From: a bacterium
GTDB lineage: Bacteria; Patescibacteriota; Minisyncoccia; Phycocordibacterales; UBA5272
Assembly (NCBI GenBank): GCA_043765155.1
Contig: JAYUJP010000001.1
Span: forward strand, 19,268-83,267
Reading direction: 5' to 3'
DNA length: 64,000 bases
Shown: positions 9,065 through 16,203 of the stretch, in pieces
How the letters are laid out: the number at the start of each line of letters is the position of its first letter
How positions within the stretch are numbered: position 1 is the stretch's first letter
Program-made: the position numbers and the translations under genes
Notes under the pieces: generated by a model
Database searches by the model: none
What the model was told of the DNA's origin: nothing
The model's input: only the letters and a program-made list of their open reading frames with translations

Positions 9065-10858
9065 TCACTTCAGCTCCTGATGTTGTATCAGGTCTTGATA
9101 ATGACTAGAACTTTCTAATAATTCCAAGTGGGTGCCGTTCGCTACTACTTTCCCCTTGTCCATGACAAATATAATATCACTATCAATTATTGTTGATAAC
9201 CTGTGGGCGATGATAATAGTTGTTCTGCCCTTGCTCACATTATCTATCGCCTCTTTTATATACTTTTCATTTACAGTATCGAGTGAGCTCGTCGCCTCGT
9301 CAAATATAAGTATAGACGGATTTTTAATTATAGCCCTAGCTATACCTATACGCTGACGCTCACCGCCTGAGAGCTTGATGCTGCGCTCGCCTATTTCTGT
9401 CTCAAATTTTCGTACGCCAAGCCTATGATAAAATTCATCGATACGTGCCAGCTTTGATATTTCTTCTATCTTAGAATCTATAACTTGTTCTTTTTCCAAT
9501 TCTTTTAAAACTTTTTCGTCCACTCCAAATAAAATATTATTTTTGACAGTGTCGTCAAAGAGGTCAACATGTTGCTCTACATATCCTATATGTTTACGCA
9601 GATCACCCGCGTCTATGTCTTTTAACTCTACACTATTTATTTTTATCCCAGAATAATTCTCTCCCTCTTCACTTTTATTATTTAGATTATTATAATCATA
9701 AGCTCTGAGTAGTAACCTCGTAATGGTAGTCTTACCTGATCCAGAGTGTCCGACAAAAGCAACCTTACTACCTTGTGGTATTTTTATATTTATATTATTA
9801 AGTACATTACCTTCACTCTTTGGATATTTAAAACTCAAATTTTCAAACACTATATCCCCGTCGACAAATTTTGTATCGCTCTCCTCCTGAAAATCTGGCT
9901 CCTTATCAATAATTTCTAAGTATTTATCCAGCTCAACAAAACGAAGAGGTATTTGCCTCAAAGCTTTGATAACAGAAAAAATATTATTATATGCATCATT
10001 AATCCACATCCATATAGCATAGATGGCACCAATGGTTAAGTTGCCAAGAGAGGCTAAAAATATTATAAGTATTGTACTGCCAGTCTTACTGACAGAAAAA
10101 ATAAACCATCTTTTATGTGCATGTGAGACACTTTTTGTCCATGTAAAAATTTTATAATCTATAAAAACTTCTCTATTTTTAAGATATTTTTTAAGATAAA
10201 CTTTTTCAACGGCTAAGTTTTTCACTAATAGAAGATGCTGAAATATCTCTGATCTTATTTTTCTTTGCGTATCCCAATTATCCATATCTTTTTTAATAAA
10301 AGGCCTATGATATCTAGCAAAATAGCCGCTCCACAAAATAACCAGCATTAATGTCCCCGCACACCAAGCAGCTATAGTAACTGAATAAAAAGATATAGCA
10401 GCCAAAGAAAAGATTATTTGTGTAAAAGTTGGAAAAATACTTAAAATAAAGCTTGTTACTATATTTTGCACTGCACTCTCGCCTCTGTTAACGACTTGTA
10501 ATTTTATCGCACTATGATCTTCTACATATTGACTAGGGTTTAGTTTAAAAATATTTTTAAAAGAATATTCCTCAAGATGTTGCTGTATTCTAAAATCTAA
10601 ATTATCTTGTGCGTGTTTATCTGAAAAATAACTCACTATAATTAGTATACCCTGAATCACAAGCCATGAAAATATAAAATAATAAGCTAAATTAAAATCC
10701 TTGTTAACAATTTTGTCTAAAATTTTAGAAATTATAAAAACCATTAAGACACCGATTGCTTGCTGAAATATAGTAGAAATTAATTGTATATAAAAATCTT
10801 TATGGAAAGGCTTTAAAAGTTTCCACAATCGCCAAGTGGTTATAAGGTATTTTTGCAT
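9065..10858 (-). CDS. ABC exporter, fused permease/ATPase
   Basis: N-terminal TMD; GHSGSGKT, LSGGERQR, DEATS, AHRL. Confidence 0.93.
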   Translation of the reverse strand: MQKYLITTWRLWKLLKPFHKDFYIQLISTIFQQAIGVLMVFIISKILDKIVNKDFNLAYYFIFSWLVIQGILIIVSYFSDKHAQDNLDFRIQQHLEEYSFKNIFKLNPSQYVEDHSAIKLQVVNRGESAVQNIVTSFILSIFPTFTQIIFSLAAISFYSVTIAAWCAGTLMLVILWSGYFARYHRPFIKKDMDNWDTQRKIRSEIFQHLLLVKNLAVEKVYLKKYLKNREVFIDYKIFTWTKSVSHAHKRWFIFSVSKTGSTILIIFLASLGNLTIGAIYAIWMWINDAYNNIFSVIKALRQIPLRFVELDKYLEIIDKEPDFQEESDTKFVDGDIVFENLSFKYPKSEGNVLNNINIKIPQGSKVAFVGHSGSGKTTITRLLLRAYDYNNLNNKSEEGENYSGIKINSVELKDIDAGDLRKHIGYVEQHVDLFDDTVKNNILFGVDEKVLKELEKEQVIDSKIEEISKLARIDEFYHRLGVRKFETEIGERSIKLSGGERQRIGIARAIIKNPSILIFDEATSSLDTVNEKYIKEAIDNVSKGRTTIIIAHRLSTIIDSDIIFVMDKGKVVANGTHLELLESSSHYQDLIQHQELK

Positions 10859-10961
10859 AATTATATAATATTATAACACAAAACAAAAACTTACTTGTTT
10901 TCGTTTTTTATTCAGTCTTTAGATTGTCAGATTTGGATATATTTCTAATGCTAGTCAATTA

Positions 10962-10988
10962 AAAAGCGGCGCCATAGGCGCCGCTTTT
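10962..10988. terminator. GC-rich triloop palindrome after rnpB
   Basis: AAAAGCGGCGCC-ATA-GGCGCCGCTTTT. Confidence 0.75.
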
Positions 10989-10991
10989 CTC

Positions 10992-11305
10992 ATCTGTCCC
11001 ATAAGCCGAATTCTGTTCTGCGTCTTTTATAAAACACATACGTAGATATTTATCTTGCTTGTATGTTACCATACAAATCTTTGCGACGACTCTGGCATAC
11101 AATAAAGTTACCAGCACGGTCTTGCACATATGTAAGTATTTAGCCGTTTCAGCCTAACTAAATAGGATCGTTTCTGTTCGCAACTCGCGTGTTACCACGT
11201 ATGGGTGTTACCCATTACACTTGTATACAATAAGTAAAACTATGTGTTCGGACTTTCCTCACTACCTAAAATAAATTTTAAGCTAGCGCATCTACTTGTT
11301 ACAGC
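10992..11305 (-). ncRNA. rnpB: RNase P RNA, compact (~310 nt; ends approximate)
   Basis: Minus strand has GAGGAAAGTCCGAACAC near the 5' end and ACAGAATTCGGCTTAT near the 3' end. Confidence 0.93.
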
Positions 11306-11370
11306 TTATATAATATAGCATATATCAAGATAAAATAAAATACACTAATCACTTTCAAAAGACAATAAAA

Positions 11371-11994
11371 TTAAAAGCTCACCTCGTCTCCGACTTTTAT
11401 ATTTAAGTCTTTTACTTTGCCAGAATTAATCTCTAAAACATATTTTGCTGGATTTTTATTACTCACAGTATTTGGGTAACTAGAAACTTTTACATTTTCA
11501 AATATATCACTTATTATTTTTCTAGTTTTTACTTCTCCTGTTACGTTATCTTTTACCATCTCTTCTTTTATGTACAAAATATCAAGATTATAATTCATAT
11601 CCTTCATCCAAAAGCTATAAATATCTTCTGTATCAAAAATAAATAACATAGCACATTTATCACATAAACTTTTTGTATTGCTGAGTCCATTTCTCCTAGA
11701 CTCATTTGTATCTGCTATTTTTAAATTAAAATTAGTAATAACTTTGTTGTCTTGTTGTGAAATTATATTTAAATTTTTATCATAAGAATATTCTATATAT
11801 TTTTTACTCATACTATTATCTTTATTTTTATTTATATCTAGATGAGCTAAATTATAATACACACCAATAATTATAAACAAAGTGATAACAGCGAAAAATA
11901 AAGACTGTAAAGAATTAGCTTTAGAAATATTTCTTATTTTTGACTCTTCTATTTTTGATGCAATCTCTTGATTATTATCCATGTTTGTTTTCAT
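11371..11994 (-). CDS. DUF192-family membrane-anchored protein
   Basis: IADTNESRRNGL, MLFIF, FWMKDM..LDILYI, YVLEINSG. Confidence 0.88.
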   Translation of the reverse strand: MKTNMDNNQEIASKIEESKIRNISKANSLQSLFFAVITLFIIIGVYYNLAHLDINKNKDNSMSKKYIEYSYDKNLNIISQQDNKVITNFNLKIADTNESRRNGLSNTKSLCDKCAMLFIFDTEDIYSFWMKDMNYNLDILYIKEEMVKDNVTGEVKTRKIISDIFENVKVSSYPNTVSNKNPAKYVLEINSGKVKDLNIKVGDEVSF

Positions 11995-12196
11995 TTATAA
12001 AATATAACATAAAATACTTTTATTATATAGTCAATATAGTCACAAAATATGCGTAGAACTGGGGATAACTCGTTAATATCTGTAATAATAAAATATAAAA
12101 TAATATATAATTATAAGTGGACCTGCTCTATGTTGTTGTGATTATAAATTAAAAACTAAAAGTTTTAATATTTACTTAAAAAATATTATAAAAAAT

Positions 12197-12625
12197 ATGG
12201 CCAAAACAAAATTCGAAGTATATAAAGATAATAAGGGTAATTATCGCTGGAGACTACTTGCTCAAAATGGTGAGCCGGTGGCATCAAGCGGCGAAGGGTT
12301 TAAGGAAAAGAGAACAGCTATGAACGCTGTAAAGAAATTAAAAGAATGGGCTAATACCGAGACAATCCTGGATCTGGAAAAAATGAAAGAGGATGCTATT
12401 AAGCAAAAAGCAAAAGATACCAAAGCTAAAACTGCAGCAAAACCTACTGCAAAAACATCAACTAAAAAAACTGTAGCAAAGCCAGCTTCTAAAAAAGTAG
12501 CAGCGAAACCTGCGGCAAAAAAAGCTAATACAAAACCTGCTGCTCCAGCTAAGAAAACTGTAGCAAAGCCGGTGCAAGCAAAGGAAGTGATAAAAGAAGT
12601 AGTAATATCTAAGACTGTTATCTAA
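12197..12625 (+). CDS. YegP/DUF1508 domain plus Lys/Ala/Pro-rich histone H1-like tail
   Basis: KFEVYKD.KG.YRWRLLAQNGEPVASSGEGF; tail of AKP/AKK repeats. Confidence 0.85.
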   Translation: MAKTKFEVYKDNKGNYRWRLLAQNGEPVASSGEGFKEKRTAMNAVKKLKEWANTETILDLEKMKEDAIKQKAKDTKAKTAAKPTAKTSTKKTVAKPASKKVAAKPAAKKANTKPAAPAKKTVAKPVQAKEVIKEVVISKTVI

Positions 12626-12735
12626 TATTGATTCTGAGTAAAGGTGTTAACCAAATATTCAAAAAATAAAATCTCTTATAACTTAAGAGGTTTTATTTTG
12701 TTTAACTAATTAAAATTTATTTAAATTAGCGACCT

Positions 12736-13620
12736 TTAATTTAAAATATCTGAAATATTTATACCGTAATCCTTAAATATACTGTAGGTTATTTTACCAT
12801 CATGATAATCAGGCTTTATACTAGCATTTACTAATTTTAGATTTTTATTTTTGTCTAATACAAAGTCAATTTTTATAAGATTTTCTAATATGTGATCTGA
12901 GATTTTTCTAGCCTCATTTTGAATAATATCTTTTTCTGTTTGAGATAAAAAATTAGCACTAATATACTTTCTATAACCATTTTTATTATCAATATTGTCA
13001 AAAGTTTCTACTATAGGTGTCATATACAATTCCTCTCCTCTGTAATTTTTGATAGCTATTATTGTATACTTTTTACCTCTTGTATGTGTATCTAAAATAA
13101 TATCATCACCTATCGCGTGTGAAGTATTTATATGTTCAAATGCCTCTTGATAATTATAAGTTAAAAGATTGGGTATAGACTTTTTAGATGCTTTTAATAT
13201 TATCGGCATATGCATAGTTCTCCACATATCATATAATGTGCTTCTTATGTTCTTATCTTCTTTTTGTACTATGTTATACTCTGGATGATTTACTCCTACT
13301 TGAAAAATAGTTTTTCTAAAGTTGTCAGTATCCAAATCATTTGCAAAGAGAATCTTGAGTCCTAGGTTTCTGGCTAGTTTATGATGAGTATCTCGCCCAA
13401 TATAGTCATGGGTTGTATCTATAAGTATATCTGAGTGGGAGAAAATTTTGTGTATATCAGTTTTTATTTTGGATTCAAATATATTGCCATCTATGTCAAC
13501 ATAACAAAATCTAATTTTGTTATGAATATTTTTATCTGCATAATCCATATAAATAGCTCTGGCATTTTTTTCAGAGTTTGAGGCTTTTATTTTACCACCG
13601 TAAAGTATTATTATGCTCAT
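12736..13620 (-). CDS. Divergent ATP-grasp / D-Ala-D-Ala ligase-like protein
   Basis: IIILYGG...SE start, P.ILK, IKIDFVLD; catalytic motifs eroded. Confidence 0.45.
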   Translation of the reverse strand: MSIIILYGGKIKASNSEKNARAIYMDYADKNIHNKIRFCYVDIDGNIFESKIKTDIHKIFSHSDILIDTTHDYIGRDTHHKLARNLGLKILFANDLDTDNFRKTIFQVGVNHPEYNIVQKEDKNIRSTLYDMWRTMHMPIILKASKKSIPNLLTYNYQEAFEHINTSHAIGDDIILDTHTRGKKYTIIAIKNYRGEELYMTPIVETFDNIDNKNGYRKYISANFLSQTEKDIIQNEARKISDHILENLIKIDFVLDKNKNLKLVNASIKPDYHDGKITYSIFKDYGINISDILN

Positions 13621-13713
13621 ATTTTTATAAAATATATTTCTAATAATATTATAGCATGCAAAATATTATTTTTGATATACTTGTCTACAGCGTGTGCACA
13701 TAATATCTTTTTA

Positions 13714-13756
13714 TAAAAATAAGAAGCGCCTGCTATGCAGGCGCTTCTTATTTTTA
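13714..13756. terminator. 20-bp perfect triloop palindrome downstream of nrdB
   Basis: TAAAAATAAGAAGCGCCTGC-TAT-GCAGGCGCTTCTTATTTTTA. Confidence 0.8.
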
Positions 13757-13784
13757 CTATTATTACTTTTTATTTCTATCTCGC

Positions 13785-14891
13785 TTACCAGTCTAGACTT
13801 CCTCCTGTCTTATACTCGGTAACTCTTGTCTCAAAGAAGTTCTTCTCTTTTGAAAGGTCTACTGCCTCACTCATCCAAGTAAATGGATTATGTGAACCGT
13901 ATAATATTGGTAGCCCTACTCTCTGTAATCTCCTGTCTGCAATATGCTCGATGTATTGCTTGAATCCCTCTGCATTGAGTCCAAATATTCCTTTTGGAAA
14001 TACGTCCTGCGCAAAAGTGTATTCTAGCTTAACCGCCTCATCAATAAGGGCGATAATACGAGCTTGGAATTCTGCTGTCCATAATTCTGGCTGCTCTTCT
14101 TTTATAGTATTAATCATATCTATACCAAAGTTAAGATGCTGGCTCTCGTCACGCATGATATATTGTATCTGCTCAGCGCTACCTGGAAGTTTATTTTGCC
14201 TTTGAAATCCAAACATAACTGCAAAGCTTGAATAAAAGAATATACCCTCGAGTATTAGTGAGAACACACAAATATTTTCTAAGAACTTTTGATCAGCTTC
14301 AAATGTACCAGTCTTAAAGTTAGGGTTAAGTACACCGTCGTTAAAACTTAAAACAAATTTATCTTTGTTATATATAGCGTCCACCTCACGGTACATATTA
14401 AATATCTCTGGACCATCAAGGCCGAGTGACTCTACGATGTACTGATAAGCCTGAGTATGTATAGCCTCTTCATAGGCCTGCCTTAATAGATACATACGCG
14501 CCTCAGGACTTGTGATGTGTTTATAGGTCGCTATAACTAGGTTATTAGCGGCTATCGAGTCAGCAGTCGAGAAGAATCCTATTACCATTTTAAGAGCATG
14601 CCTCTCATCATCGGTAAGTACATCTTTACTTTTCCATTGCTCTATATCTAGCTGCATACTTATCTCAGTAGGTAGCCAGTGATTCTGATTACCAGCATTG
14701 TATGCATCCCAAGCAAAAGTATGCTTGAGTGGATGTAGCTGTATCACATCGGCATTTTTACCATTAATCATACGTCTATCATTAATAGATACACGCCCTG
14801 CATCACGGTTAAGACTCTGAGCTATCTCCGCGTCATGTAAACTACTTACTAATACTATATTATCACTTGTTTTTGTTAATGTATCTTGCAT
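13785..14891 (-). CDS. nrdB: Ribonucleotide reductase class I beta subunit
   Basis: FFSTADS, EEAIHTQAY (radical Tyr retained), LEGIFFYSSF, RDESQH, NFFETRV.EY. Confidence 0.96.
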   Translation of the reverse strand: MQDTLTKTSDNIVLVSSLHDAEIAQSLNRDAGRVSINDRRMINGKNADVIQLHPLKHTFAWDAYNAGNQNHWLPTEISMQLDIEQWKSKDVLTDDERHALKMVIGFFSTADSIAANNLVIATYKHITSPEARMYLLRQAYEEAIHTQAYQYIVESLGLDGPEIFNMYREVDAIYNKDKFVLSFNDGVLNPNFKTGTFEADQKFLENICVFSLILEGIFFYSSFAVMFGFQRQNKLPGSAEQIQYIMRDESQHLNFGIDMINTIKEEQPELWTAEFQARIIALIDEAVKLEYTFAQDVFPKGIFGLNAEGFKQYIEHIADRRLQRVGLPILYGSHNPFTWMSEAVDLSKEKNFFETRVTEYKTGGSLDW

Positions 14892-15191
14892 ATTTTTAAC
14901 TAATTTTAATTATTTTATCTCTTAAATTTTATTAATTTTTGTTAAGACTTGGTTAGTCTTTGTATAACTTTATTATAACAATTTTTATTAATTTTTGACA
15001 TGACTTTTCCACAAGAGAATACTCATTAAGTATCATGGTTTACGTCTTCACTTTTCCAAAAAACCCTTATTATATTGAGTGTAAAATGCTATTGACTTAT
15101 AAGTCATAATAGTATATTATTTATATATAGCTTTTGAATTTCCACAAGCTTAAAGTTAAACAAATTGGCAATAAGCCAGAAAGGTTCCTAA

Positions 15192-15521
15192 GTGTTCTCT
15201 TGCAAAATTTTAGCTATTTTTGTAGCTGTATCTGCTCTTTTATCACCGCTACAAGCTGAAGCCAGAAAACCCTTTTCAGGGTTTAAAAAACCTCGCCCAG
15301 CAACTGTACAACAAGCGCCGAGGGCTGCGCAAATTCCAGATCAACCTTCTCAGCCGGGGCTCGGGCGTATGGCAGTCGAAGGTGTGGTGTTGGGTGCTGC
15401 TGTTGGTGCAGGTGCAACCGCTGGATCAATGGCAGCTCGTGACATCTATAACGGTGTCGTAGGTAAAAAAGTGGAGTGCGTCAAAGCTCCAGATGGGACA
15501 ATCACTTGTCCTGAAAAATGA
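15192..15521 (+). CDS. Hypothetical secreted protein (GTG start)
   Basis: Signal-peptide-like N-terminus ending AEA; AAAGG upstream; TTGACT...TATATT promoter-like sequence near 15093-15118. Confidence 0.6.
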   Translation: MFSCKILAIFVAVSALLSPLQAEARKPFSGFKKPRPATVQQAPRAAQIPDQPSQPGLGRMAVEGVVLGAAVGAGATAGSMAARDIYNGVVGKKVECVKAPDGTITCPEK

Positions 15522-15590
15522 CATTCAACCGCTCGAAAAAATTTTATTTCTTTCTAGCAAAAAGCCAGACTTAACATCTAGTTTTTTTAT

Positions 15591-15619
15591 TTGCAAAAAT
15601 AGATTTAATATGATATATT
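15591..15619 (+). promoter_or_regulatory. Sigma70-like promoter for the candidate ncRNA
   Basis: TTGCAA-17 nt-TATATT with extended TG. Confidence 0.6.
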
Positions 15620-15623
15620 ATTC

Positions 15624-15744
15624 TTGTAGCACTGACGACAGGAAATAACAATTTGTTGATCGGCTTTGCTGCGGGTATCGCAAGATATACTAATGGGGGA
15701 AACTTTTAGAGTAATCTAATAGAGCCGTCCCCTCTGTGCTACAA
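15624..15744 (+). ncRNA. Candidate structured RNA, family unassigned
   Basis: 9-bp closing stem TTGTAGCAC/GTGCTACAA, several internal hairpins, own promoter and terminator, no ORF. Confidence 0.55.
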
Positions 15745-15778
15745 ATAAAAAACTTACCTTACGGTAAGTTTTTTATTT
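15743..15778. terminator. Bidirectional terminator
   Basis: AAATAAAAAACTTACC-TTAC-GGTAAGTTTTTTATTT. Confidence 0.75.
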
Positions 15779-16180
15779 TTAAGAGTTCGGATGGTAGCTG
15801 ACTACTTCTAAATGTTTTTCAAATCTTTCAAAGATTACACGGACGGATCTCATATTTAGGTGTCTCAAATCTTTTTTAATCTCTATTCTATTTTCTCTAT
15901 TATTTGAATACTTAAGGCTGTCAAGATTTTCTATAGAGAAAATTAGGACATTTAACATCTCTATGATTTTATCCAACGTATACTCTTCGTTATGATTCTT
16001 AAGAAAAGACTCTTTTCTACTTTCTACAAAATGCTTTAAGGACTTATTAGAAAAATAAACTTCATAACTTTTATTTTCTATAGCTACCAAACATACGTAG
16101 TTTTTGCAACTTGGTTCATTTATTTTTTCATTATATTGCAAGAAAAAATAATCTTTTGCTTTGTCTATTATTTCTTGCAT
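15779..16180 (-). CDS. Hypothetical protein, possible BECR-type RNase fold
   Basis: 133 aa; VYF...SLKH motif and C-terminal beta-strand pattern (VRVIFE...VVSYH); fold is inference. Confidence 0.5.
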   Translation of the reverse strand: MQEIIDKAKDYFFLQYNEKINEPSCKNYVCLVAIENKSYEVYFSNKSLKHFVESRKESFLKNHNEEYTLDKIIEMLNVLIFSIENLDSLKYSNNRENRIEIKKDLRHLNMRSVRVIFERFEKHLEVVSYHPNS

Positions 16181-16203
16181 ATATTTTTTCTAATCAGCTT
16201 TTC

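Noticed and set aside
13785-14891. Class Ic (Mn/Fe, Tyr-less) NrdB
   Set aside because: The radical Tyr (HTQAY) and the first Asp ligand are retained
15625-15745. Hammerhead ribozyme (CTGACGA ... GAAAC ... GTC present)
   Set aside because: GAAA does not directly follow the stem after CTGACGA, and 7 nt separate GTC from the stem I partner, so the geometry does not fit. An HDV-like fold also lacked a P2 5' strand.
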